From assembly GCA_951406725.2 (NCBI GenBank), contig OX597814.1:58714001-58778000 (forward strand): a stretch of 64,000 bases of DNA. The letters run 5' to 3'. Of the stretch, positions 12,867 through 26,933 are shown one piece after another. Position numbers and translations under genes: made by a program. Under the pieces are notes generated by a model. That model did not search any database. It was not told the origin of the DNA and worked only from the letters and a program-made list of their open reading frames with translations. The stretch comes from Octopus vulgaris. Its lineage: Eukaryota. How positions within the stretch are numbered: position 1 is the first letter of the stretch; every line of letters starts with the position of its first letter.

Positions 12867-12990
12867 TGCATCGAACTCTCTCATGCACCAAATGGCAATT
12901 GCTAAAAAGCATTCGTGAAGTAAAATCATGTAGCAACACCAAATAGCGGTGCCCCAGCATGGCCACAGCTCGTGAGCTGAAACTAGATAA
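12865..12990 (+). mobile_element. Short 3' end fragment of a CR1-like LINE
   Basis: ASNSLMHQ...* and the terminus cagctcgtgagctgaaacta parallel the end of the LINE at 54980-55096. Confidence 0.6.
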
Positions 12991-13983
12991 AATTAAAAAA
13001 TATATATATATTGTGCGTTTGTATTCGCAACGCACATGATTTAAACTTAAATGTATATTGTATATGATTGTTTTCCTTTTAACATCATAAAAACTCATCG
13101 TACCTTACTTCAATAATAAATTGTCCGTTGATACGTTGAGATATTTTTTACTTTTTTCTATACGCTTTAGTTTTTATTTCTACATGTGTTACTCTTGTAA
13201 GGGTTATTACTATGGTATCTCTTCCTGGGATCAATATTCATGTAGTCTGTTGTTGCCGCAGCATTTAGTAATGCAGTGTCTTCCTCTAATTGATATCATT
13301 AGTGATGTTTCATAGAGCCATATCGGTAACTATTGGATTTTCTTCTTGTTATAGTATTTAGTACCCCGTTCTACTATTTATTACTGGGAATATGTTATCA
13401 CTGTGGCAGTTCTTCCTGTGTTTCTGCCATTTAGGCGGTAGTTGTTGAAGGAATCTGCTACTGTTGCAGAGGTAATAGCAGAGGTCGATAAGTGATAGAC
13501 AATGAAACGCTCTCTATATAGATATAACGATTAACATGAAATTATTGTTTCGTAATTAACAAGCACATGTAAGCCAAGATCAGGGGCGTTTGTTCACTAA
13601 ATTGGACCAACGAATACCATTTTGACAGTCTGAAATAAATCAATTCATATCATATAACAGTATTGTGAAATGAAAATTAAGGATCCCTTAAAAACGAAAA
13701 TTACTTCAAGCTAAAAGTTAAACTGAAGCAAATGTCTTTTATTATTTTGTCACCTCTCTGATGGCTATCTGTGACAAGCCATAAACTGTATAAGGTGAAT
13801 TGTTGTCGGTCAAGTAAAAAGGCATGCAAGAGTATTGGGAAATACTCAGAAGAGTTTTGTCTATGAATAATGTAAAAATGCAAACAAATGTATGTCAATG
13901 AATTTAGGATGAATTTTGAGTGGAGAAAAGAACTGAATTGGTAGGTAGACATAGGCATTCTATTGTGAAATTTAAAAAGTGGG

Positions 13984-14420
13984 TAGGACTAGCTGTGTGG
14001 TAAGTAGCTTGCTTACTAACCACATCGTTCCGGGTTCAGTGCTACTGCGTGGCACCTTGTCTTTTACTCTTGCCTCGGGTCGATCAAAGCCTTGTGAGAG
14101 GATTTGGTAGAGAGAAACTGAAAGAAGCCCGTCGTATATATATATACGTATGTATGTATGTGTGTGTGAGCGTCTGTGTGTGTGACTTGTGTATGTATGT
14201 GTGTTTATATGTTTGTGTGTCTAAGTTACTCTTCCCAACAACGCTTGACAACCGATTCTCGTGTGTTTACGTCCACGTAACTTAGCCGTTCAGCAAAAAG
14301 ACCGATAGAATAAGCACTAGCCTTACACAGAATAAGTCCTGAGGTCGATTTGCTCGACTAAAGGCGGTGCTTCAGCATGGCCGCGCAGTCAAATGACTGA
14401 AACAATTAAAAGAATAGAAG
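13984..14420 (+). mobile_element. tRNA-derived SINE (same family as 12157)
   Basis: Colinear similarity with 12157-12578. Confidence 0.9.
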
Positions 14421-14967
14421 AATGACTCAATGAATATTTACTATAGATAGGCTTATATTTCACACACGGGGGTATTAATTTAACTTAAACCACCCAGATT
14501 ATAAACAAAGGATATAAATGCCACTTATATGAAGAAGCACACTCTGGTTAGGATATACTGATATATCCATTCAGAATAATAAGGATTATTATCAATGAAT
14601 CGGAATCTGTATATTATCAGATATTCGAATATAGCATAAAAAAGGATATTAGCTAGTATGCCTAATGAAATACTACATCAACTAACATGGGTTGACTGCC
14701 AATTTCCCATTCATTTCCACCATCTTCTGAATGTTTTAAATAAGCAGGGAACATTGTAACAAATACAGAGAGAAAAGCGAAAATCACACACACACATAAT
14801 CACACACATATGCACATATGCATGAACGTATGTATGTGTGTCTCTCATTATGCACATTTAGATTTTGTGTACGTTCCTGAGAAATTTTTGTGGGGAATAA
14901 AAGAATTAAAAGCAAAAAAAAAAACAAAAAAGAAAAAAAAAACGTAATAAACTACATTTGTACTTAC

Positions 14968-15110
14968 CACATCGATTATCTGAGCTAATGCCACTCCGAA
15001 GGTGACGTTTATTGCTTCTGACGAGTTCAAAGATGGACGAACCCTCTTATCATAGTTCTTTAAGAGTCTGTTAACCAACGAAAGTTCCACATCGTCAGCA
15101 GACGAAGAAG
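14968..15110 (-). CDS. Nicotinic acetylcholine receptor (Cys-loop LGIC) subunit exon, N-terminal ligand-binding domain: SSSADDVELSLVNRLLKNYDKRVRPSLNSSEAINVTFGVALAQIIDV
   Basis: Contains the L-x(3)-Y-x(3)-VRP motif and the V-x-F-G-x-x-L-x-QIIDV motif. Acceptor ttttatttcatcctcacag| and donor GATGTG|gtaagta. The 143-nt phase 1-0 exon ends at the conserved nAChR intron position after IIDV. Confidence 0.93.
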
Positions 15111-15933
15111 CTGTGAGGATGAAATAAAAGTATCTAATGTTCATAAAGACAAATAATTTTTCATAATTACTAACGACATCATGATTTCGATTTTCGATAT
15201 CATTAATGCAGTTCTTGTTAATACTTATCAAGTCATTATCAAAACCGTGCATATCCAATCTCTTCAAGGCTTTAGGAGTCGGAAGAATTACTTTTGTGCG
15301 TAAACAGAACACTGTTGCTTCAAATAATGCAATCCATCTTGACATAAAATTCTATCATGAAATATTGCTGTGACACATAAACTATATAATATTAAAATAT
15401 TCACTAATTAAAAGAAAGCACTCATGTTGGGTGTGGTTGACGTTAGAAAGTACTTACTATCGCTAAAAGCGGGTACGTTTGAATTTTGACTTTTATTGCG
15501 GTTTCTCCTACTTCGTTTATTAAAATGTTTCAGAAGGATATGAAAATACGTTCCACATTTACGATTGATTTAAAATAGACAAACACCCACACTCTCCATA
15601 AATATTTTTACTATGTTATGATGACATATGCTATTCGCAACAGAATGCTATTCTACGGATACATATTCTGCAGTTACATAGAACTAAAGGATCTAATGAA
15701 AACTGCTTTCCACAATATAATACAGCAAAAAGTAATCTTTGCAGTTGAACCGTATCATGCATATCAGCCTGTAGTTTACAATGCAGGTAAACAAGGAATA
15801 TACTTCAGAGACTATATATGAAACATTGCAACAGTTCACATACCAATGTATTGCAGTTAGAATATGCAGGTGCAATAGTTAATAAGTTTCATATGTTTCA
15901 TTGCATTGATGTGCATGTTATGGTTGCTTTTTA

Positions 15934-16127
15934 GATTTTAAGAAGGATGAGGTTAAAATAATAGACAGAGAACACCACTGGAAAATACGAAAACTGAAAG
16001 AAGCAGCACATATGCTAGGATACAACAACTTCCTAAGCAGACCGAGTGCAGATATGAACAGCATATGGGAACCGGTATTAAGGAAGGATAAGAGCATATT
16101 AGATTTATAAGCCATAAAATTCACTCC

Positions 16128-16187
<60 letters not shown>

Positions 16188-16395
16188 TTAATAATAATAA
16201 TAATAATAACAACAACAACAGCAACATCAAAAAATATCTTAGGAATGAGAACCCAGGTTCGAAATTTCCCCGAGACACCTGAAGAAAGCTGGAGGGCATA
16301 TCAGCCGAAACGTTGTGTTAACAACAAAGATGAGGACGAATGTCCGTCGAATGTAAATAGTGTTAATACTGTAAATAATGCACATAATTCCTCAT
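15934..16395 (+). mobile_element. 5'-truncated Penelope element: GIY-YIG C-terminus, (AAT)n and pLTR with hammerhead
   Basis: VKIIDREHHWKIRKLKEAAHMLGYNNFLSRPSADMNSIWEPVL; same family as 51405-52760. Confidence 0.85.
16274..16319 (+). ncRNA. Minimal type I hammerhead ribozyme in PLE pLTR
   Basis: GACAC-CTGAAGA-AAGCTG..CAGCC-GAAAC-GTT-GTGTT. Stem I GACAC/GUGUU and loopless palindromic stem III AACGUU. Confidence 0.7.
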
Positions 16396-19205
16396 CCCTT
16401 AAATAAAGAACTGTATCATTATTATTATTATTATTATCATTTTTATTATTATTGTTGTTGTTGTTGTTGTTGTTGTTATTATTGTTGTTGTTGCTGTTGC
16501 TGTTGCTGTTGTTGTTATCACTCTTTCTATCTGTGTTAAACTTGATATTTTGAATTTAATATGTTGGAAATTTTTGGAGTGTTTGCTCTTTCAACTTTTC
16601 TTCAACTTTACTATGTCTGTACTAGTTGCGGAATTGACAGCTACCGTAAAGGGATATCCGAAAGGATACTGAAGAACCAGTTGCATACTTTTTGCTAACC
16701 GGCAGCCAGTAGGTGAGTTAAGCATTCACAATGCTTTTTATGAAGTCCACCCTCCATTTCGCAGCTTTATAGAGTGGAAACTGTGCCGTATTTATAGTCG
16801 CTAGTCTAGCACAGCGACAATTTACAGTGGCAAGAAGAATATACTTAGTTGCAAAACACGACCAGCAAAAATGACAACAATCTCACCACAAGGTATCTAA
16901 CAACAATAAGTTTTAAAAATTCCTAGCATCAACTACAACCACAACCACAAAGCCAATGAAGGCAAAGTGATTGATATGAATAACCAGAACTACAATTCTG
17001 CTGCTACTAGAATATTTCATATCGGGAGATTCTTTCTCCTACATAGAATATTCCATGCGAAATTGAGAACTACAGCAAAAGACAACTGGAAACGATACTG
17101 TATCACAGAGAGAAAGCGAAGTCATTTTAATTGTACCCATTGAGTTATTATAAATTGCATAGATATGCACGGAAAATTATAGATGTAATATTCAAAATTC
17201 GCTGATTGTAATAGCCGGTAGATGTCAATTTTAAAACGTTTAACAACAACAATCATCACCACAACAAAAGCAGCCGCCACCAAAAACCAAAAAAGAGACA
17301 CCCAGTGGTGCCCATTAGTAGTAAAAAATGAATACATGTAGTCACAGAAAGGCCGAGATACCTGCCTTATGTCCTGCACAAGAACACTCTCTACTACCAT
17401 GAATCAGATCTTTCGAAAGACGCATTGCAAGAGTTCATCGTCGAGGGAAATAAAGAAACAATAGAAGAAACAAAGGCCGCTATTTGAATGCTAGAGATGT
17501 GACGGGCAGCACATACCACCGACCAGTCAAACACCGTACTAAAAACACTCTAACAATAATGAAACCAGCCAAAATCTCAAGTACAATATCTAGCATCAGA
17601 ACTAAAAGATTAAATCATAGAAAAAGAAGCAGCGAAAAGAACACAGATAAATGTGCAAAAACATGATAACAGCAAACACAACAATCACCTTACGCTTTAC
17701 CCTCTCTTCTATAAAGACTACAACTAAGCTTCACCTCCTCTTCTATAAAAAAAAAGAATGTGGGTTGACGATTGCCATAAAAATACGGAGCAAATAACAA
17801 CAGACGAACATCGCATTGAGAAGCTCATGCCTAGGATACCGACAAAAAGCGCCCCTGATAAAATCGGTACAAAATATCGTTATGCCACCTTCTTTTAGCA
17901 AAGAAGTGAAGGTACAATGCCTATATCATTTGACTATGGTGAAAGGGGGTGTATGGTGAACGCAGCTGAAATTACAAACATTTTCATCTCTTGCCCAATC
18001 CCTTGTGGTCTTTTAAAATTTTTTAAGAGGAGGGGAAGCATGGTGGTAGGCGGAAAACATCCACGTCAGAATTTGCTGTAAGATAGGCAAGAGTCGCAAA
18101 TATGATACGTACAATAGCGGCTATATTCAACGAGCGCAAATATATATTGGAAGAAGGCATTTACCCGTGGTAGCAATGATAATTGGATACTCAAGTGATC
18201 CTTAATTGGCCCATGTAGTTTATTTACTAAAATTCAGTACATGTCATCTAATATAATACATGTGAAAACGAATTTCTGTCTCATTATTCATCAACACTAC
18301 TACTATTGCTCATGCTGGAGTGAAAGTAATAGTAGGCATAGAGATGGTAGTAGATGGACGGTTGTGATGGTAACGGGGTGATAGTAATAGAATGAGTAAT
18401 GATAGAGACGGGGGCGTCGGTGATGGTGGTGGTGGTGGTAGCTGAAGCACTCAGGGACAATAGTAATAGTAAGCGATGTGAAAGATAGTGGTGAAGGTGG
18501 TGGAGGAAAAGGTGGCGTAGTCAACGGTATTGATGGTGGTGTATTGCTGTTGTGGTGGTGATGTTGGTGGAACTGGTGATTGTAATGGTTGAAAACAATC
18601 AATAGAAAGAGTGAGGGAGAGAGAACGAAAGAGGTTAGACAGAAAAAATGTTCTGATCCCTTATGGGAAGACAAAACATTTTGTTTATCATGCAGCTTTG
18701 CAATAAGTTCCAAGTCGACAGATTATATCATTGTTTTGATGAAAATTGTTCATTGCTTGAAAATCTTTGGTCAAGTTTGATAAAATTTAATATGTACTCA
18801 ATGCATGAAGTGCCATTGTTTGGCCCAAGGCCTAATGAAGAGCCCTCTACAGGAGCTAGCATAAAAGCTGCCTGATATGACGGCTTTCAAAATAGTTCAT
18901 ATTTTCTCTTTACTTTTCAGTTTTACACGCCTTGATATAAAATCCCAAAGTTTCAAACCGCCTCTTTGTAAGTTTTCTTTTTAGTCTCATCATCTTTTCT
19001 TTTGCATCCCTCTTCCTACATCCCTTCGTCTGCCATTTCCTCTTTCCCCATCGCTTCATTCTTTCTCCCCACCTTTTTTCCACCCTTTTCTCCTTTCTCT
19101 CCTCCTTCGTTTCCTGATCACTCTTCCTCCTTCTCATCAATACTACTTTCTTAACGTCGTATTTATTCGTGTATTCACATAGTGCTATTAATTAATGTAT
19201 TATTT

Positions 19206-19207
<2 letters not shown>

Positions 19208-19252
<45 letters not shown>

Positions 19253-19425
19253 TTATTATTAATAATAATTCAAGGATTCCTACAATTCTTCTTCTTATTG
19301 TTGTTGTAGTTATTATTATTATTATTATTATTATTAGTAGTAGTAGTAGTATTAGTAGTAGTTGTTGTGGTGGTGGTGGTGGGACTGCTGTAGTAGTAGT
19401 AGCAGTAGTAGTTGTTGTTGTTGCA
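19208..19425. repeat. Compound trinucleotide microsatellite (CTA/TTA/GTA/GTG/GTT)
   Basis: Read directly. Confidence 0.95.
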
Positions 19426-19859
19426 GCAACAGCGTCTAAAACTGGAGATGGAATCGCTTTTAGTTGAAATGAATCTTAATAAAAGCGATACTAATCAATT
19501 GAATGATTTAAACGGGAATTTATGTTTTGAATAAAGAGCTTATTGTCAGTTTAGATCTTTATTGAATTATATGTGTTGCTTCCATATGGCTTTCATTGAT
19601 TTTATTCTATTTTCGATACGTTCATATAACTAAGTATACATTATTCTACATATACAGCTATTCACATATCTTACAATATATTTATGTTGGGATCCACCCT
19701 TCTTATATACAAATACTCAACCACCATTTCCGTCGACAGCCGACAATCAACGCCTGTGTCTATGCATGCATAGATATATAGGGAGAGAAAATAAATAAGA
19801 TTTAGTGTCTAGTGATCTATCATGGCGAATTTAGGCAGCATAGCTACATAGATCTGAAG

Positions 19860-21095
19860 ATATAAAGTAATTTTGTTTCTCGCAAATACAACTACGATTG
19901 TGAATGACTTTGTCAATGTTATGACTTTTATCATTTGCCATTTGATAGCTGTTACTTTTAGCTAAGTTTAGAAGCTAATTGCAGGTAATGTTTTTTTCAA
20001 CACTTAATTCAGAGTCACTTTAAACATGAAGTGCGAAAACGAACATTTCGCAATATTTTGCTATTTTTTTATCTCTGTAAAGGCAAGAAAGCTGCTGAGA
20101 CTCACACAGAGATATTTGAAGTTTATGGTGTTGATTGTTTCACAGAACACACATATCAGAACTGGTGTAAAAACCTCCGTTCTGGAGATTTTTCACTCAA
20201 AGATGACCAACGTTCTGGTCGACGTACTGAAGTTGATGATGACCGAATCAAAGCCGTAACTGAATCGGATTGACATATAACCATGCGAGAGTTTGCAGAG
20301 AGGTTAAATGTTTTACAGACAAGAATTGAAAATCACTTAAAATGTCTTGGACTTGTTAAGAAGCCCGATATTTAGGTTCCACATAATTTGGAAGAGATTC
20401 ATTTAAAACAGCCAATCAATATTTGCGATATGTATCTCAAATGCAATAAAATCGACCTTGATTTGAAGAAATCATCCCTGGTGATGAAAAATAGATTGCC
20501 TACAATAAAATCAATAGAAAACGATCATGATCCAAGTGTAATAAAGCTACACAAACCACATCGAAAGCTGAATTGCATCCAAAAAATATAATGCTCTCAA
20601 TTTGGTGGAATTACAAAGGTATTGTGCATTTTGAGCTGCTTCTAAGGAACCATTCGTTCCCTTTAGATGTTTATTCTCAACACTTAATGAAACTGGAGGA
20701 AGCAATCAAAGAAAAACGGCCAGAATTGGAAAATCGTAATGGAATCGTGCTCCACCATGACAACGCTAGACCACACACGTCTTTGATAACTCGTGAAAAA
20801 TTATGGTTTGGAAGTGATGTCACATCCACCATATCTCTTTGACCTTGCATTTATTTCGAAGTTGGCAAAATTCTTTGCATAGTACGACTTTCAATAACGA
20901 TGATGACTAGAAAGCGCACTTGCGTCAGTATTTTGCTAAGTACTAGAAGTTCTATGAGCAAGGAATCAGGAAGTTGCGAGAAAGGTGACAAAATGTCATC
21001 GAACAAAATGGAAAATATATAATTGATTAAAGTTCATTCTTTGTATGAAAAACAAAATGATATTTATTTCACATTATACAATTACTTGCCATCGC
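19860..21095 (+). mobile_element. Decayed mariner (DD34D) DNA transposon; transposase pseudogene ~20026-21028
   Basis: GDFSLKDDQRSGR, (W)VPHNL, GDEK, MLSIWWNYKGIVHFELL, LHHDNARPH and HPPY motifs, with stops and frameshifts. Ends approximate. Confidence 0.92.
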
Positions 21096-21141
<46 letters not shown>

Positions 21142-21844
21142 GATGATTCATCCACTATATGCGCATGTACAGCATTCAATATATATGATTACAGCATAAA
21201 TATATAAAGGGAGACAATTTTAGTGAAAGGACAATATACTATTCACAAAAACATTTAATTGATACATTCACTTGAAATTCTCTACTTGATTGTCTTGGAT
21301 ACAGAAGAATCGCTTCCTAAATGAGGATTATAAAGCAGAATGGATGGTTTCAAGAGTTTTACACGTTTGTATTTTACTTTGAATGAAAGGTAATGAAAGT
21401 CAGGCACTTAGATTATGAAGCTCAAGTATCACCGAACTTGAGCAATAAACTCTTTAATGCCCTAACTCGCTACGAAAAAGCCTTCGAACGTCTTCCGTGA
21501 AACAATATCATATCAAATTATTTTACGCCAGAAAACTTTGAGAAATACAACACCTCTTTTATTTCTTATTTTGTTTTCTGTCTCAGACATAATTTAATGA
21601 ATCACTATCAACATATTGCACAAGTTCATCAGCTTGATGAAATACTGGTATTCAACTGTCCACCGAAGTTCCTTTAACATTTTTGTATTATATCGCACAA
21701 TAAGCTTTATAAAATGCAAGATTATGTACATTCACAAATCTGTAGGTATATGGCCGTATAAACGAACGTACATACACACAACTCTATAAATGTCTATATA
21801 TACACGTATATATTTATTTATGAATACGTTTATATAAATATATA

Positions 21845-21899
<55 letters not shown>

Positions 21900-21922
21900 A
21901 TATGTATATATATATATGTATT

Positions 21923-21956
<34 letters not shown>

Positions 21957-22991
21957 TGTATATGTGATGATAAATGTCAAAACAAATAACGGAATTCTAA
22001 ATTCATTTATAGCAAGTCATTCGACTGCGAGTAAAGCTGCCCTATGTGCTCAGAGTTATTTGAGTGAGAATAACGTAAATGACAAGGGATTTTAAACTCT
22101 CACATAATCCAGGTTCAGGTTAACCACCTCTAATGATATCGAACACGGGAAATATTTTAAGATAAACAATTACATGGTACTTCACGCGAAACGTCACACG
22201 GTGCTTCACTTTCTACTTTCTTGGATTTTGTACAGTATATACAGTGTTTAGTCATGACAGTATAAATATGAATGGAGAACTATATATCATAATCTTGTTC
22301 ATTCACATTAAACCTTAGTCTGACAGGTGTTTCTGCTGCATAGATGTATTTTTTTAGAATTTCCTTATATATATCAAAGTGATAGCAATGTTTTTCTTAT
22401 ATTTGCTTTTATATATATATAGGGATTAACAGAAGACACTGAGACAATAGAAATTTTTGGTAGTGTAAAATTTATGACACACAGATTAAGTTCTCTGAAA
22501 GTTTAATTTCTCTTATCTCAACACGTTAAGACAGTTACAGCAAAACTTGTGAACTACAGAGTATCAAGTACACAAAAGGTCACGAAACAGGTTTCTTCGT
22601 GCAATTACGGAAAAGGCCACATAACGCGTTTCAGCGTAAAAAGAACGTGGTTTATTTTTCTCGTCAATATATGTGTTGTTGAAATGCAAATCTCAAGCAG
22701 CACATATATACATACAGGCAGACATACATACATATATATATATATTAACGAAAATTCTGATGACAGGCACGTGAGTCTCACGCAGTTAATTTTCCCTCAT
22801 ATACAAATGTTACGGGAAATGTTTTCATTTAATTTTGCAAGCGTTCGACTTAGGTGTCAGATTAATTCTCATCAATGTTTTCAACATACAAGTGTTATTG
22901 GCCTAAACGTAATTAAATGTGAAACGAGAAATACAAAAAATGTAGAACGAATGTTCTTACACCACAGGCATTACATTAGTACGGACATATC

Positions 22992-23055
<64 letters not shown>

Positions 23056-23161
23056 AATACATGGTCGTGCACAGACAGACACATATTTATCTATGTGTGA
23101 ATATTCATATAATTCCATAACTTAGCACTCACTCATGCATATATATGTGTGTGTGTAGTTT

Positions 23162-23201
<40 letters not shown>

Positions 23202-23305
23202 TAAACACACACACACACACACAAACATAAACACACACACACACAAACATAAACACACACACACACACATACACACACACACATATATATATATAAATAT
23301 ACATA

Positions 23306-23690
23306 TGGAGGCGCAATGGCCTAGTGGTTCGGGCAGCGGACTCGCGGTCGGAGGATCGCGGTTTCAATTCTCAGACCGAGAATTGTGAGTGTTTATTGAG
23401 CGAAAACACCTGAAGCTCCACGAGGCTCTTGCAGGGGGGTGGGGGTGGCTAACACTGCTGTATTTTTTCACCAAAGCATTCTCTCACTCTTTCTTTCTAT
23501 TTCTTTTGTACCTGTATATCGAAGGGCCAGCATTGTCACATTCTCTGTCTCGCTGAATTTCCCCGAGAACTGCTTTAATGTTTCAAGTGTCTTTAGATTT
23601 TCTGAGCCACTTGCACGTTAATTTCACGAGCAAGCCTTTGTATTGATCGCATCAACTAGAACATTCGTCGTCGTAACCGACGGAGTACTG
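23306..23690 (+). mobile_element. tRNA-derived SINE, second family
   Basis: ggaggcgcaatggcctagtggtt (A box) ... ggtttcaattctc (B box); related copy at 33838. Confidence 0.75.
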
Positions 23691-23706
23691 TGGTATCTAT
23701 CAATCA

Positions 23707-23792
<86 letters not shown>

Positions 23793-23809
23793 TTAGCTAT
23801 CTATCAGTA

Positions 23810-23914
23810 TGCAGTAGGGAGATTTCAAAAATACCAGTTTAAAAAACATTACAAAAACCTCTTGGGAGAAAACTGTCAGGTGAAGGACAAACAACTTTCG
23901 GACAGTAAGTGACT

Positions 23915-23946
<32 letters not shown>

Positions 23947-25995
23947 TCTCTCTTTCGCCTTCCTTTCGTGTGTAAAACAAAACTTTCGATAGGAACGTGC
24001 TCAAAATAGGTAGTATAGATGTACGTGACTTGGAGGTCGCCTTGGAAACAAGGCTACCTCTTAAATGGCATCAAGTAACAGAATCTGCATATCATAACCA
24101 TTCAGCGAGAACAAGCTCCACAGCCCGCGGGCCCTCCAGCACATGTTCGGCGGACATTTTGACATTTATTTTTCTCCGTGTCTCCCAAAAGTAGGCAGAG
24201 GTGGCACCGCGGTGCTTACTTTGAGTCTGGACCTCAAAGTAAGAGCAACTTTTCTAGACCAGGAGGGTAGTCTGGTCGACTTGGATGTACATGGCATTAA
24301 TGGGTGTGCTTTTTGACTCATAACAGTTTATGCATCGTCCTTAACAGGTCGGCCAGATTTTATTCGACGTCTAGAGATTTTCCTGGGAACGTCTCGAACT
24401 TTACTTTCAGTGGTGGTGGTGGTGTGTGTGGGGGGTTGGAACGCTACTCTGGACACACATCTAGACTACATGGGCAGAGATCGTAAAATGAGAGGATGTA
24501 AATGCCTCAAGGACCTGCTCAGACGTTTCCAACTGTGTGACAGGTACCGAGTGGACCACCCGAATGTGCCAATGTGGACATGGTTCAGACGCATCGAGTT
24601 GTCCAGATCCTCTTTCTGTAGAATAGTGGATAAGAATAGTGTAGGTTGTCCACAATTCCACATAGACAGCTACACAGATCCCAAATTTGTGACTTGTACA
24701 TTTGACACATACGCAGGGTCCCGGTTACTTGAATATGAACGCGTCGTTCGCGGCACGCCAAGCTTACAGGGACCTGATTTGCATCGATTACCGTCTGAAC
24801 GTCGTGCCCTGTCCAGCCCCTACCATCACCCAACTGGAACGCATACTCTTCTGCTTTTTGTGGAAGGGAAGCGTTCGGATGGTTAGGCGATCCATTTGCT
24901 GTAAACACCCGCTAAATGGAGGGCTAGGCATGCCGTGGTTGATTACGCGCAGACATGCGCTGAGACTGCGACATCTCCGGCGCTTCATGAACAGGTGTGG
25001 TCGCCATTTGTGCGACGCTCTTTCCTGCAGCTTGTGTCTTTGGCCGAACTGCAGTCGTGGATCAAACTGAGACGCTAGGTGAATGGCCCCACGAGTGCCG
25101 CCTTCCTCTCAAGCAACTCTACCGTCCGGGACTAAACTTGTGCGACTTCAATTCCACTAAGGCGTTCTGACGTTCTCGGGCAGAATCTGGGCGTCGACGA
25201 GGAACACCTAACCAGCCTGTTCAAGACAACTTTCAGGCTGGGATCTATGGACAATCACCAGATATTCCTAGCCTGTCAGTGCTATCGAGAAGCATTAACC
25301 TTTCGGGGTAAGCTCTACAGGCACGGTTCCAGACGAACCAACCATTTCGGACCTGTGGGCTTATGCCGAACAGCTGCTGTCGCGTGTGGGAGGAGTCCAT
25401 CTGTCGGCTGTGTCTATCATGAAAATTGCTCCGCTACCTTCCGCTAACCGGGAAGGCAAGGCAGTCTTCATCGTACTGGTGGTCATGATGAAAGAATGTG
25501 TGATGGACTCGAGCGAAAGGTTTAGAGACAAACACTTACCTCTCTGGACAATCACTCATCAATTTTTCAAGTACCACTTGAAAAGGAAGGTGAGAAGACA
25601 GAGGCAAGTTTTGTCTCGTGAAAGTCTCAATAAAGGGTGGGTGAATGTAGCAAAGTTGGTGCGTGCGAGTGACGAAACTACTTTGGGCATGATCCTCTAA
25701 ATCGAAAAAAGAGAGAGAGAGAGAGGGAGCACTTAGCTTTCATGTGTTTATTCTCTCCTTGCCTGCGGTTACCGTGGCCTTTTCCGTAGGCTTTTCTTTC
25801 CCCGGATAAACGTATTCTTGCTTTTTAGACTTTTAAAATTCTGTGATACACGATCCCCTTTGATCGTTTTGTTTTTCAACATCCCTTTTGAACGGAAATT
25901 TCTTTTTTTTCTTTTTTTTTCTATTTTCGAAAAGAAAAGCTCTACATTGTATTGTGTCCCTTCTGTGTTCGGCTCTGTGTGGCCAATAAAGAAAC
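23810..25995 (+). mobile_element. Internally deleted Tx1/L1-clade LINE remnant between (TATC)n arrays
   Basis: APE motifs (LKIGSIDVR, GGWNATLD, DRYRVDHPNVPMWTW), then FLWKG...PLNGGLGMP, and an AATAAAGAAAC end directly followed by (TATC)n. Confidence 0.85.
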
Positions 25996-26091
<96 letters not shown>

Positions 26092-26170
26092 TTATCTATC
26101 TATCTGTCTATCTGTCTGTCTATCTGTCTGTCTATCTATCCATCTATGCATCTATCTTTCTATCTATCTA

Positions 26171-26594
26171 TAGCAAGAATGCACGTATGAATGACGAAGC
26201 CACCTTGAGCATAGTCCTATGAACCAGAAATCGAAAACAGAGAGTTGCTTATTTAAAAAAAAAAAAAAAAAAAGAAATATAAAATGTGACTTCATTGACC
26301 GAGGTTACCGTGGTCTTTTCCGTAGGCTTTTCTTTCCACGGGTAAACCTCACCTGTCCTCCCCTTTACACTTCATATTGACATTTCTGTGATAACGATCC
26401 CTATTGATCAATTTTTTTTCTCTCCCCCTTTTTTTAACCCCCTTTTTTGTCCTCTTTCTCTCCTTTTACGATCCCTTTTGATCGAAACTCCCCCTTCCTT
26501 TTTTTTTTTTTTTTTTTTTTAAACCTTCAAAAGAAAAGCTCTACCTTGTAATTTGTTCTATCTGTGTGCAGCCCTGTGTGGCTAATAAAGAAAC
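26171..26594 (+). mobile_element. Second, 5'-truncated copy of the same Tx1-like family inside the (TATC)n array
   Basis: ARMNDEATLSIVL* versus VRASDETTLGMIL*. Shares the 3' UTR blocks ggttaccgtgg..ttttccgtaggcttttctttcc and aaaagaaaagctctac. Confidence 0.85.
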
Positions 26595-26595
26595 A

Positions 26596-26627
<32 letters not shown>

Positions 26628-26630
26628 ATA

Positions 26631-26711
<81 letters not shown>

Positions 26712-26895
26712 GTCTAGCTAGCTTGCTACCTACCTACCTACCTACCTATCTATCAATCTATCTATCTATGTATCTACCTTTCTATTTAGCTAGCTACCTA
26801 CCTACTTATCTATCCATCCATCCATCCATCATCCATCTATCTATCTATCTATCTATCTATCTTTTCTTCTACGTCTCTCTCTCTCTCAATCTCTT

Positions 26896-26933
<38 letters not shown>

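Noticed and set aside
1-14967. Next nAChR exon (DEKNQ...W)
   Set aside because: No matching spliceable segment was found by eye. It is probably beyond the window start or in the gap.
14848-15345. 165-aa ORF as a complete gene
   Set aside because: Only 15110-14968 is nAChR-like and bounded by splice sites; the rest is intronic read-through.
16640-16712. TATCC-GAAA-GGATA hairpin followed by CTGAAGA as a type III hammerhead
   Set aside because: There is no GAAA after the putative stem II and no NUH before stem I.
17122-17400. Hydrophobic ORF as nAChR exon 1
   Set aside because: There is no convincing phase-1 donor. The exon at 34918-34711 has far better splice signals.
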